A DNA stretch of 64,000 bases from Octopus sinensis (lineage: Eukaryota): the NCBI RefSeq assembly GCF_006345805.1, contig NC_042997.1:143096001-143160000 (forward strand), in the 5' to 3' direction. Every line of letters starts with the position of its first letter. Position 1 is the first letter of the stretch. Below the pieces are notes generated by a model that saw only the letters and a list, made by a program, of their open reading frames with translations, searched no databases and was not told where the DNA came from. This document shows positions 24,440-37,990 of this stretch, one piece after another. A program made the translations under genes and the position numbers.

Positions 24440-25110
24440 TAATTGATTTAACCAAGATATTTCCTTTTATTGATAACATAATCCAGTCTATGTGGCAAAT
24501 TGTTCATCCTTCAAGCATACAATTCTTCAGGTTTCGAAGCCAAAAAATCATTTTTAACCTCTTCACAACTAATAAACTATCTTCCTTCAAAATAATGTTC
24601 CAGTGATCTGAAAAGATGGTATTTGATGGATCATGGTCATGAGAATAAGGAAGAAGCAAATGCCATATTTAGTGTGATAATCATTCCTTGAGAGACTTGG
24701 ACAATGTGTGGCCTGCATTATCATATATAAGAGCAAAACCCCTTTACAGTCAATGTTATTTCTGCAATATTTCCTACTAACAACAATGCATCTCCACATC
24801 ACCTGTTTCAGTTTGGCTCAATACTTCACGATGGACATCCTATATATCCCACAAAACATAGAGCATAACATTTGTTGGGTGTAGTCCTGGTTTGGGGAGA
24901 GATTCTCCTTTATCATTGGGTGTTAACCACTGTTTCTCTCCTAGGATATGATTATGGAAAACCTACTTTTCATCACTTGTGATAATTCTATCCAGGAATG
25001 GTTCAGAAGCAAATCTACTCTTTAATAACAGAGAGAGGGCAACTTTTTGATTAAGCCAAAATGCAGTCAGATGATTATCAAAATTTAGACACTTTTCGTA
25101 GTCCGTGGAG
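24440..25110 (-). pseudogene. Decayed mariner transposase B (different subfamily)
   Basis: EPFLDRIITSDEK, PKPGLHP..VML, YDNA and PYSHD…YHLFRSLEHYF remnants of the DD34D core, with stops and frameshifts. Confidence 0.8.
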
Positions 25111-27139
25111 GTGTTTATGATCCAAGTGTGACTTGAATTAGTGTTTTGCTAATTCTTATGCAGTTTGCTTTGGATTCTCTTCAGTTCTGATTTTCAGAAG
25201 TTGGATATTCTTTTCTACTCTAGGCACGAGGCCCAAAATTTTGGGGAAGGGGGCTAGTTGATTAGATTGACCCCAGTATGCAACGACAAAGTCAACATCA
25301 GTGGAATTTGAACTCAGAACGTGAAGACAGACGAAATACCTGTTTCTTTACTACTCACAAGGGGTTAAACAAAGAGAGGACAAACAAGGAGAGACAAATG
25401 GATTAAGTTGATTATATCAACTCCAGTGCGTAACTGGTACTTATTTAATTGACCCCGAAAGGATGAAAGGCAAAGTCGACCTCAGCGGAATTTGAACTCA
25501 GAACATAGCGGCAGATGAAATACCGCTAAGCATTTCACCAGGCATGCTAACGTTTCTGCCAGTTCACTGCCTTCAGAAGATGGTTATTACAGAACTTGGT
25601 CACCCACAATTACAGGGTATCTGCAAGAGAAAAATTTGCCAAGCAAAATTGGTCAAACCATCATTAGTATGTCCTGACACTTAAAGCTTTGTTTTCGAAG
25701 ACAGAATGAATATTTTTTGCCAGTTCCATTGCTGAAGAACCCCTCTTAAATTAACACAGCATGCAGTGTCTGATCTAAACTCATTTTAAAACAATTAAGA
25801 TACTAATTTTACTATAAAGGGCGCAGGCATGGCTGTGTGGTAAATAGCTTACTTACCAACAACATGGTTCTGGGTTTAGTCCCACTGCATGGCACCTTGG
25901 ACTATAACCACGGGCCAACCAAAGCCATGTGAGTAGATTTGGTAGATGGAAACTGAAAGAAGCCTATCATATTTTATATGTGGCAAGTAGCTTGCTAACC
26001 AACCATATGGTTCCGGGTTCAGTCCCACTGCGTGGCATCTTGGGTAAGTGTCTTCTGCTATAGCCCCAGGCCGACCAATGCCTTGTGAGTGGATTTGGTA
26101 GACGGAAACTGAAAGAAGCCTGTCGTATATATGTATGTGTGTGTTTGTCCCCCTAGCATTGCTTGACAACCGATGCTGGTGTGTTTACGTCCCCGTCAGT
26201 TAGCAGTTCGGCAAAAGAGACCGATAGAATAAGTCCCGGGGTTGATTTGCTCGACTAAAGGCGGTGCTCCAGCATGGCCGCAGTCAAAATGACTGAAACA
26301 GGTAAAAGAGCATATGTTTGTATGTCTGTGTTCATCGTGCAACCATCACTTGACAACCGATGTTGGTGTGTTTATGTCCCTGTAACTTAGCAGTTCAGCA
26401 AAACAGACCAATAGAATAAGTACTAAGCTTACAAAGAATAAGTCCTTGGGTCAATTTGTTCAACTAAAGGCAGTGCTCCAGTCAAATGACTGAAACAAGT
26501 AAAAGAATGTTATAAGTAATTTGCAAAGAAAAAAACAAAAGCAATTTTAATAAAATTAATGCTTATTGAAAAAGTACCCTTAAAGTGATCATGTTAAAAA
26601 TGCAACAAGAACTTTCTCCCAACCTGATATTTAATAGTTCAATAGTATTTGAATTAATGAAGTTCCCGACAATTAACTTTTTTCCAGGATGAAATTAAGA
26701 TGAATATTGCATATTCGTTGTCCAAGAATAGCTCAGTGGTTAGAGTGTCAGGCTCAGTCATGAGGTCGAGAATTTGATTCCTGGAGTGAACTGTGAGTTG
26801 TGTTCTTAAGTAAGACCATTTATTTCATGTTACTCCAGTTCACTCAGCAGTAGAAATGTGCTACATCACTGGTGCCAAGCTGTATTGGCCTTTGCTTTTC
26901 CCTTGGATAACATCGGTGGCATGGAAAGAGGAGACTGATATGCACAGGTGTGACCTGCTGGTCTTCCATAAAAACCTTGCCCAGATTTGTGCCTCAGAAG
27001 GGAACTTTCTAGGTCAATCTCATGGTCATTTGTGACCTAAGGGGATATTTATCCTGCCCAAGCTCGTGATTCTGAATCTCAAGACTCTCGAAATTAATCC
27101 AAACATTTCTCTGCCTTGGTTCTGGTTTGTTCTCTTAGC

Positions 27140-27510
27140 GTTACAAAATGCATCATGGAGTATTTCATTTGAGTTAAGAACAATTGCAACGTTGATTCAA
27201 AGCTAATATTGGCAACAAGAGAATAAACTGATTTAACCTTTGAAATTTCATACTGAATTTTTGTTAGCTCTAACCAAAGTGCCAGATCACATAACCGTTT
27301 TCATTCATCTTCAACAAGGAAGCCTTCAAATATGCATTAAGTGTTCACATCTCTCAACTCATAGAATTACTGAATTTGCACATATTGCTTCGCCAGCCAA
27401 CTTTATTATCATTCTAATCCGATGATCTTCAAAAATTCTTTAAATTCTGTTGCTTTGTACCTTATTCTCTGAAGAAATTAGTACATTTTGATATCACTTC
27501 CAAAAATTGT
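27140..27510 (-). pseudogene. Possible hAT (ZBED/GTF2IRD2-like) transposase remnant
   Basis: Fragments resembling WL…FYELRD, LCDLA and KFQG on the - strand; heavily decayed. Confidence 0.45.
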
Positions 27511-29069
27511 GTGCATTGTAAGCACAGGTATACTCATGGGGTTAAAAATGGTTTTAAGTTCAGTTCGAGCCTTTGGATTTGGTAGATGGGCATTAAAAGA
27601 AGCCTATTATGTGTAGGTGTCTCTCCTTGTGGAAATGTATCTGGCCATGAGGAAATATCAACTTGCTTGGAAAAGAGGTATTCAGTTGTAGAAAATTTGC
27701 TTCAATGAACTGTGTGTGATCTATACAAGCATAGAAAAGCATGTCAAATTGACAATGACACGTACATCAGTTTTATCAATGAATTGATTAAAACAATTAG
27801 AAATCCAGTAGATAATTCAATTCTTGATTAATGAAAAAGGTATTTTTCAAGATCCTACCATACATTCTGCAGGTACACATCTAAGGCTTTGAAGATCTTC
27901 ACATTGGTAATTTCCGAGCATCTATTTTAAGACCAAGTAATGATATGTAGCATAGTGCTTAGCATGTTATACTCACAATTACAAGAGTGTGGCTTTGATT
28001 CCTGGACGGGTAATGCAGTGTTCTCAAACACAACACTGCTGTCCACTCAACTGTAAATAAGCAACCCTACAATGGACTGGCACCACAAATGGGGAGAATG
28101 CTGTGATCTCAGTCACATGTACCCCAGAGGCCAGGCAACCAGCCCCATGTTAATATCCAAGGGTTGATGAAATCTCTTACAGTAAAAGGTTGCTGTTATT
28201 TGATACACAAGTACAGCCAACAGTGTTGTATTTATGTTAGCTGTTCAGCTAGTGAATACCACAAATCCTGATGGGGCTTCCTTCGAAATATATTGGAACA
28301 TTTAGTTGTGTCTTCCAACTCATCTTTTTTCTTCAGAGCTAAATAGTCGTATAATGCAGTTATCCACTCGCATTACAAATTCATCTGTTGTATGCTTTGA
28401 CCTCTTGCAATTAGCTCACTCCCTTCCTAATTTTCTTGCATTAAGAAATTATCTTCACAGAGGGTTAGTTCATTTGTACAAGTATGTTTGCTAAGCTTGT
28501 CGAAAATCAGACTACCTTTCAGATTGCAATTAGCCTTGTCACTTCACAAGTTTTTGAAAATAATGATTAATGTCACAAAACAAACATTTAGTAGAGATTT
28601 ATGGCTTATGCTGTGCTGAAAGCAACTGCTATAAAAAGTGTTATTGGATTAATTCAGGGGGGGAAAAAAATATTGGTTCTTGGCATACACATCTTTCATA
28701 TTGGTAAGTGAAGTGATAGAAGGTAGAGCTTAGAGAAGTTCATTGCACGCATACACACGTGTATTCAGATCTCCTTGTCTTAACATTGTGACAGCTATAC
28801 ACAAACATTATCATGCAAGTGGCGACATCTGTTTGCAATCTTCCATGTCTAGCCAATGTGCTATTCCTGTAAAGGAAAAAAAAAAAAAAATCACACACAC
28901 CAAAAGTAAAGAGAAAAAGGGAAACTATTTTGTTTGAAAACAAGCATGGGTTAGTGACAGAAAGAGCAACTGGTTATAGAAAATCAGCCTCAATGAATTT
29001 TGTCTTACCCATGCAAGCATGGGAAAGTGGACATTAATATGATGAGGATACTCCATACAAAATTTTTTT

Positions 29070-29633
29070 GAAAAGTATGAGAAAGAATTTTAAGTTAGGA
29101 AACAGGAGATGAGTGTTACTCGGCATTAAAAGCATCAGTTGATGAGCTGCATTGGTGTAAGCAATAAATAGAGTAAACACTGAGATAATGGAGGGTGTCT
29201 GTGAAAAAAGAAGACATAGGAAGTTTCAGATGAAATCTCACATATTGTACAAGAACTCTGGCAGAACTAACCAGTACAGAAAAGTAAATGTTACAGATTG
29301 TTCTCAAAGAGCTAAGTACACCAATGCTTCAAGTCACAGCCTCACACTTGAGAACTATGGAATATTTATGTCTTTACATGCAATCTTTTCACTCATTTTA
29401 AAGAATATTGTTTAGCTCCAAACAGACCCGTAATCAAAAATACTTGTCATGATCATCTTTCAGACAAATTGCATGTTAGGTTTCATGGTCTCTGTCTTTC
29501 CCTTTTGAAAACAGGCTGCATTTGAAAGGTATTTAAATGCTATACTTCCTAAGTGCCTTTTTTTTTTTCATTCCTATAATTTAAAATTACTTGTATTTAT
29601 CCAGAAGCCTGCTATAATTTACCACCAACTCTC
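29070..29633. repeat. ~560-bp duplicated segment, copy 2
   Basis: Same sequence as 20381-20930 with a few substitutions and small indels; gives the twin ORFs 20497 and 29188. Confidence 0.95.
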
Positions 29634-29927
29634 ATCAATACTCTGACTAAACTCTAGACATGATTTTATGGTCTGTGGGTTTTAAATGAATTGAATGATT
29701 TATCAAGCAGCAAGTAACACAATATCAAAATGTTTTATAAGAAGAGAAAGAGGAGTATGTGGAAGAATCAACCAGCAGTAAATAGATCAAAAAGTGAATG
29801 TTTTCAAACTAGGCAACTTTGGATATTTAGCTACAATTGAACATATAACATTTAGATAAACATTTTTATATATCACCTCAGACTTGAGGCAGTGACAAGC
29901 AAAAACAATTTCAGTATGTGACAGGCA

Positions 29928-29933
29928 TTTATT
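29928..29933 (-). promoter_or_regulatory. Candidate distal poly(A) signal of LARP4
   Basis: AATAAA on the - strand followed ~25 nt later by U-rich TTGTTTTTGCTTGTC; lies near the edge of the repeat-free zone. Confidence 0.4.
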
Positions 29934-32900
29934 TTCATTCTTGCTTCTTCTTCTTCTTCCTCCAACGAAGTTTTTACAGAAATGTTTACAGCACGAGCAG
30001 TAAACGTCAGAGATAATGTACAGTATAGATTTTTATTTTTTTTGACAGACCCACTATTAAATTTCCCAAAATATTTTTAGTTTAAAATAAAATGAAAATA
30101 AAAATTTTAAATTTAAATTTAAAAAAAAAAACCTGAAAGGAAATTAAAATTTGAAGAAGGGAGATTGAAATCAGATTTAAGAAAGAAGAAAAAATTGAAA
30201 TATGCAAATGATTCATTTCAAAGTCTTTCCACGCCAGGAGAATGCTTCACTTCCAAATAACACTTGTACACAGGCACAGAAATTGTATTTTTTTCTTTTC
30301 CTTTTTTGGATTAGAACTTTTAGTGATCAATTATTTTATCCTTATAGATAGATATAAGAAAAGTCAAACTAGTACAATTGCTTTGACAGCTAAATATTCC
30401 TTTGTTTTAGTTCTTCCAAGAGTTTGTTAACCACTCCGTATGCCATGCCACCACTGATGTTGGAGGAAAAGGTAATTGGCCGCAGTTGAATGCAGGAATG
30501 GTTTCTGTCTAACAAGCCAGCATCAGACAATTGAAAAATCAGATAATCTACACAGGTGATTAGCAATATGCAAGGAAATGTGGGAAGTACAACACAATTC
30601 TTAGTAAATATATTTCAAAGTCCATCTCCAATAATATGGAATTTCTTTTTTTTCAAGAATCCTGCCAATCACTGGTAGTCAAAAGAGATATTGCAATGGA
30701 AACAGCGCATACATTTAGCTATTGCTCTACCATCATTGCTAATTTTTTTGCTGGCCGCAGGTTAACATTTTATCATAATTTACAAAGTAAGCAATGAGGA
30801 TGTGTAGATTTTTTTAATATTTTGAACACAAAATAAATATTAGTACTTAAAATGGTTTGTGGTCTGGAGAGGAATGGGAAAAGGAAAAAAAAAAAAAAAG
30901 AAAAAAAAAAAACCTGAAAGCTTTTCAGAATGTAAAACTCAAAACAATTGTCAAGCTTTTTGCATCTTATGATGACAAAATAAAACAAAATTTTTTTCAA
31001 ATGCGGAAAGGAGAAAACCAGATAAAATTTGCTTTGCTTCATGAATATAAAGAAAGTGAGAAAGAATTGTCATATTGGTCTGCAGATATACTGTTAATAG
31101 ATCAGATCTAATGGTTGTTATACACACTTAAAAGCTTTTATCTAGCTATTTGTATTATGGCATTCATTAGACCAAATTTGCAACATTTCCACCCACCATT
31201 TTGAAATGCATTTCAATCACCATAAACCTTTCTAATACTGATTACATTTAGCTTAATACAGAGAATATAGTCAATGTAAAAACCCTATATTCCTCTTTTT
31301 AATCTATTTCTCATACCAATATGCAGTGTAATTATAAATCTTTCAGTACCTTTTTCTTTAAAAGTTACTTTACTTTACACGTGTCTAACTGAATTACATA
31401 AAACAAAGACAAACAGTATACTAATTATTTGAAATCCAGAGAAAAATTTCAAACTTTTGACAACTCATCAGAAATAATATACTGTAAAATCATAATAAAC
31501 AACTCAAGATTGCCATTAGCTACAACTAATTTCTGAGAAAATGTACTTTCTGAAATTATGGATTGAGAAATCACGCTAGTTTGGCCTTTTAAAAAGACAT
31601 TGACAATCACAGCCAAATAAGAAGACAAGACAGCTAATTTTATTAACAAACAAACATTTTGAAACCATAATTTTCAAACAAGAAAACACGGTCTGCTTGA
31701 CTAACAGAATTTTACAGACCAAACATTGCAACATAAGTAAATTTAAAATAAAAACCTTAACTAGTGGTGGGTGGATGATGAAATTGAAACAGACCAGCCT
31801 CTCAAAGGGGTGGGAATTATAGCCTAGTAGTGAGGGCAGAGTTACAATATGGAAGACCAATATAGAAATAGCAGTTAAATTAGATTCATACCAATAACTG
31901 CAGAAGTCCTCATACAGCACCAAAGGAAGACAGTGTGATGGAGAGTCCAACAGAAAGAGATTGTTTTTAAAAAAAATTTTTTAAGTGGTATGACCTGTAA
32001 TTTCATATACGACAGAACAAAATCAAAAGTCAATTTAACAAAAATTAGAAACCTCAAAACTTTTAAGTGTAACTCACACAGATCCTACTATCTTGAAATG
32101 CCATTTGTAACTCTTATAATTTCATGGAAGGATTTATTTTTGTAATGACATTAAGAGATAAGAGAAATACTTGCTAAGAGAAATATCAGTATTGGATAAA
32201 CTATTAGAACAATTGCTTAGCATAATAAAAGTAAATAAATGCAACAGCTAGATTAAGGAATAAGAAAAAAACAACAACAAATTCTTGTGCGTTCATTATT
32301 GTTGATTAACCCTATACTTCCAAAATAGCTAATCTCAGATAAGAAGTTTGTAAAGAAAAAAATTGCATCGTAATAGAAGGAATCTAATGGGTGTATTTAC
32401 CGAAGCAAGTTACTTTAAAGAGAAATAGCATGTATGAATTAAGCCCAGAGTGAGGTGTAGAACTCAAAATGAAATTTATATATCACCGAAAAAAACAAAG
32501 ATACAAAGCACTTCAAATGAAAGTGGAGGGTGGGGAAAGACTTGCTGACCAACTGGAGCATCATCAGCTATGATCAGAACGTAGCGTCATCCATTCTCCA
32601 TCTTACAAGGCCAATTCTATGTAGTGTGAGTAAATAATAAATTATTTGCAGACATATGCAAAGGATTTCAGTCAGCTGTCCCTACTAACAGATAGTTAAA
32701 CTTCCATTTGTAAATTATTTAGACTTATAAATGTATGAGCACATACATAGCCAAGCATGTAACCGTTTAGTGCATCAACTTAAATGTGGTGAAACAGGAA
32801 AAATATTTCCTACTAGTGTTACCTTTTTGCATAAATCAAGCAAAAAGAAACAAAAATTCTTTTATTTTCTTTGTAGAAGTATCTCTTTGAAGATCTAATT

Positions 32901-34038
32901 CATTCTAACTTGCTTTTAAGTATCCACAAGGTGAATAACTTTAAAATTAGTTATGATGTCTAAGGCAAAATATAGCAAAATGCAATTTCAAAAGGGACAT
33001 AACAACAATGCAATTATCATTACAAATGTGTTTTTTTTTATTTTATTTTTTTTATTTTGGAAGGGGGCGAAAAGTAAATATTGGAGAAGGCTCCCTCTGG
33101 ATTAAAAGAAAAAAAGTAATGCATGGTATTAGATTGTCTTTTTTTTGCCCTAAAGTTTCTGAAAAACATGATTATTATACTATCTCTACAACCTAATGTT
33201 AAGCAAAAGAGAAAAAAAAACACACAAAAAAGAGAGGGTTGAAATGCAAAAGTAAATAAATAGAAACAAAAATGAAAAAGCAATATAATAATTAAAAATC
33301 AACAAGCTAACAGAAACTGATAAATGCTACTTGATGTGTGTCCATACATGTTGATACACACACTCACATACATAAAAAAAAAATTTTTTTAAATAAATAA
33401 AAGCCATGACTCCAAGAGGACATCCTTTTGATTGAAGTAATGATCATCTAGACATCTACCAGAAAGATATTGGAATAAAACTATAATTCGGTGCTGCTAG
33501 GCTTTTACAGAATGGCTTGGGCTGAATATAAATGCTTTTATGTAATTTTCTTCTACAAATATTTCCAGCAAAGCAATTATATACATATATATACACACAT
33601 ACTAAATGACTTGGGTTGCCTCTGCATTATCACAGAAGCAATAGTAGCTATGGTGGTAAAACAGATTGCAACAGTGGAAGATTATGTTAACAACCAATGC
33701 AATAGGCACAGCTTCCATTTTGGAGTACACAACCACATACAGATAAAGTTTCTTATTTTAAAGCTATTAACCTAACATTTATCAATGTTATGTTTGTTTC
33801 GTGTTTTTTTATATTTTTTTATATATAAATATATAAAATAGGTTTAACTCATGAGCTGACTTAGAACTGTTTTTCCTCTAATAAATTCCAATGCAGTTTG
33901 ATGTCCCTTCAGAAAACCCTATAGAAATGCCAAGAGATTAGAAACAAACTAGTTAATCAAGGTAATCCTCCCCAACTTGTTAAACAAATGTCAATCATCA
34001 TCCAAGCATTCCATTGCATTCAAGAAGCAATTTGAAAG

Positions 34039-34040
<2 letters not shown>

Positions 34041-34082
<42 letters not shown>

Positions 34083-34093
34083 TATATACATAT

Positions 34094-34136
<43 letters not shown>

Positions 34137-34165
34137 TATACATACACACATATATATATATATAT

Positions 34166-34198
<33 letters not shown>

Positions 34199-34222
34199 TA
34201 CATATATAGAGAGAGAGATAGG
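34041..34222. repeat. Compound (TA)/(CA)/(GA) microsatellite
   Basis: Read directly; other microsatellites at 16661-16690 (TG), 23631-23695 (TA) and 37187-37220 (TA). Confidence 0.98.
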
Positions 34223-37184
34223 GAGTGAGGAAAAGAGATAGAGAGAGACTCCTCAGAGTTGAGGGAACTGAATTTGCTTGATAACAGATGTTAGGAGCTG
34301 AATAAATAAAACAATTCTGTTAGAATATTTAATGGACAATAGAACAATATCTCTGCAAAATAACTTCAAGATTTACTTAGATTCACTCTGTTACCCAAAT
34401 ATCAGATTTAAAGAAACAGATCCGAAAAATATGTACAAATGAAAACATTTTAATATATACATATATATTTAGACTTAACTGGATAACACAAGTGAAAATA
34501 GTTTTTCACCCTTAGTTCATCAACACTTCCTAAAGGGTTTCTTATTCAACAGAAGAGGAAAAAAAACAAAAGAAAAAAAATCTCCATTCTCACCCAACCC
34601 ACTTTTCCAAATATTCATCACCCACACCAAATTAATTTTTTTAATTTTTGTTTTATTTTTTTATTTTTTTTTTAATGTCTTTAGTAAGATGGCAGTCATA
34701 AAATAAAGCTAACTTTTATATACATATATAATATTCAGCTTCACTTAAACCAAAAGAATTTTTTTTCATTTCAATTCACCAAACTATATACAAATGCTTT
34801 TATATAAACAATGGTTTACAATAATGTGCTATTAATATTCAAAAGCTTCAGTTTTACAATATTGTATTATAGTTGTTAGTAATGATCAAGAAAAATAGCC
34901 TTTAAATACCACATAGCTATTCAATAATTAACAGTTTTCTGCAAACCCGGATGTCAACTGCTGAGACACTTTCATCTTTTAAAAGACGAAATCTCAGATA
35001 AAACTATGCTAAACTACTTTTGGTATCTAGGTCTTTGTATCCAGTAACTTGCATGTAACAAGCCCAAGTTGTGATACAATTGTGTTTTTAATACTTGAAG
35101 GGGCTATGGTTAAGAAACACTGGGACTACTAAGGGAACCAATAAACGAGATTAAAAAGAAGCAGTGGTTTAAGAAATACTGCAATAGCTACTACAGGAGG
35201 GGGGGAAAAAATCTTTACAGGCACTTGAAATCCATCCTCACAACATGGTAGCACTGCCAGTGAATACGATCATTTTGAGGCAGATGTATATCAGGAGAAA
35301 ATAATTTCTCAAACAAGCAAAGTTGACTGGTAGCTTGGCCTGTAAAATTAACTTTGCTTAAAACATAGAGGTGAGTAAAGTGAAGATATTCGGGGTTTTT
35401 TGTTTGTTTGGATTTTTTTTGTTTTGGTAATTTTGGAATCTGGAAAATGTAGTGATATACCTAACTAAAGTACCCTGGAGAGGCTGAGTCTCAATATGGC
35501 TGCTTAAATTGCTGAAATAGCAGCCAATTCTCCCTCAAATCACACCCCACTGCCTTGGGGAAAGCAAAAGACACTGGATAAATGTGGTCCTGCCCCTAAA
35601 AAGACATGTAGTCATGGCTGTGAAGCCATTAATATCAGGGTTGATCTGGCTATGCATTTTGATATGCAGTAAACATAATTGGGAGTGAGGGAGCAGGGAA
35701 CAAAACAATATGGAAAGAAAAATATTGCTACTAGTACAACTACTAACAAAATGCTCTTTCAACTTATGAAATCTAACTTAAAAACTGCACTATGTTTTAA
35801 AGTTATTTTTCATATTTCTAATGCAACATCTATGAATGTAGATGCTAACTAGTTTATGTTGGGTATAAATTAAATAAACTCAAAGAAAAAAAAAATTATA
35901 GAAATTAACCTCAATAAATCAAATAATTTTTTTCATAGGCCAAGCACAATAGCAAAAATATTTTTCTTTTTATTTTCCCTTTTTTAAAATTAAATAAGCA
36001 TATTCATAAACCCACCTTTCAAAAAAAGATGTTTCAACTAACAATCAAAAAAATTTAGTCACACTTTGTTCTCTTTCCTTTTTACCTCAAATAGGACTAA
36101 ATTTGTTGTTAAAAACCTATTATAACAGGTTTCTCTGAACTCCACAGCACAAGCATACATTTGCGAGATCTATCACATAGTAATAATACAGGTGAGGTAC
36201 TCATCCAGAGATGCCAAGAGGATATCATTTTATATTACTTTCTAGTTTTTGTTTGATTTCTAAATTTTTAGCCTTGGATGAAAGCAGGTCTTTGTTGGCT
36301 GGGTGACATGAAAGGAGTAAAGGGGAATTTAGAGATAAAGTAGGAAGGGAGGATTATTGTTCAAATATCAATTGTAAATGTACAAATGGAAAGACCTGTA
36401 CCAATTCACCTCTAGTTCTTAAAATTTGCAGACAGTCGGTACTTTAGCCACAGCCCAATCTATAGACATTTTTTTGTCCTTAAATTCTAAAACAGTTGAG
36501 GAAATTCTCCGCCACAAATATTGTTGGTGCCAACTGGATCCAGTTACTTTAGTGATATTTTTTTTTCAGTTTTATTTTTGAAAAACAATTGTCAGAACAA
36601 AAAAATATATGTATGCACATGTATTTCACATTAAGTGCATAAAAAAGTGATGTGAGAAGAGGGTTTTTCTTAACACAATATTTTCAAGAATCATTCTAAA
36701 AAAAAAAGTTAAAAAAAAAACTCCTTGCCTTTAAAGCATCAATGATGAAACTGGGATTGAGAGGCAATACATTGTCAATAGATAACATTGGTTTCCTTTG
36801 AAAAAGAATAATATTAAAGCCACTCCAATAGTCATCAAGTAAATATGGCTCATCCTTTAATCCTATACAATGTTTAGTGAAGAAGTCCTGCATTGCAGAT
36901 CTGTTTTTGTACTTTGTTTTTATAACTTCTGGCTGCTGATAGAGATACTGTGTAACCAGCAAAGAATAAATGGTTACGGCAAAGAACTTGGATGCCATTC
37001 TAATAGCTAGATGGGGGTAGGGAAGAAAGTAGGAAGAGAAAGGCAACAAGCATTGACAGCCAGCCATAAAAGAAACAGGACTGCAATAACCAGAATTACT
37101 TTAAAAGGGCATCCGAATCCAAGATTTGTATTTCATGCCATAAGTCCATAATCAAAAGCATGTTCTTTTTGTCTATTTCAGACA

Positions 37185-37223
<39 letters not shown>

Positions 37224-37588
37224 AGCCTTCCTTTTTTTTCTTATCATTTAACAGATATTTAAAATGAAATATCATTGACTCATTATTCTATAGTTAATGT
37301 ATCCACAGAGAAACTAGAAGTTTTAAACCATCTCACTACTCCATTGATCCAGCAGTTTAATTTCCAGGAACCTGGACCAAGTAAATTGGAAATCTTCAGG
37401 AATAATAAGGACAAGGATGTTGAGGCTAAAGAAATAGACAGGCAGATAGCTCTGTAAATAAAAGAATAAAATAAACATATCTCTCAAGAGAGATAAAACA
37501 TTTCAACTGTAACTGGATTAGGAACTGGAAAGAAGTAGGGTTATATACTGAGAAAGGGCAATCAACTGAATCTTGTTTAACACTAATA

Positions 37589-37990
37589 TCATTTTGAAGT
37601 CCTCTCTCGGTCTGTTTTTCTCCTCTGGCGTTCACGGTTCTCTTTTGCTGGCCTTCTTCCGGGAAAGAATCGCTGCTCCTTTGGTTCCAAGTCTTTACGC
37701 AAGAGTTCTTTAGGTGAAAGCTGTGAATGAGCAGAGGCTTGAGATTGTTCTTTAAGGGCTTGACTACGGAGTGTTCCTGCAGAACCAGTTTGTTGCATAA
37801 GATTATTGTTTGTTGTTTTACAAACAGAGTCATTAGGGGATTGCTGTTGTGACATTTGATGTGACACTTGAGATACACAACTTGTGTTCTTGTCTGAAGA
37901 TCCAATGGACGTAGTAGCAACTTCTGAACTAGGTTCACGTTTCCGTGCAACCATCTGTGCATAACTCAATCTTGATGTCGACTTTTCCTC
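37589..37990 (-). CDS. LARP4: LARP4 last coding exon ([17 protein letters not shown]…RTSK*)
   Basis: LSYAQ matches the conserved C-terminal SYAE motif of vertebrate LARP4/4B; ttccag acceptor. Confidence 0.92.
   Translation of the reverse strand, partial: EEKSTSRLSYAQMVARKREPSSEVATTSIGSSDKNTSCVSQVSHQMSQQQSPNDSVCKTTNNNLMQQTGSAGTLRSQALKEQSQASAHSQLSPKELLRKDLEPKEQRFFPGRRPAKENRERQRRKTDRERTSK

Noticed and set aside
33977-34241. ORFs rich in YI/HT repeats
   Set aside because: Microsatellite translation.
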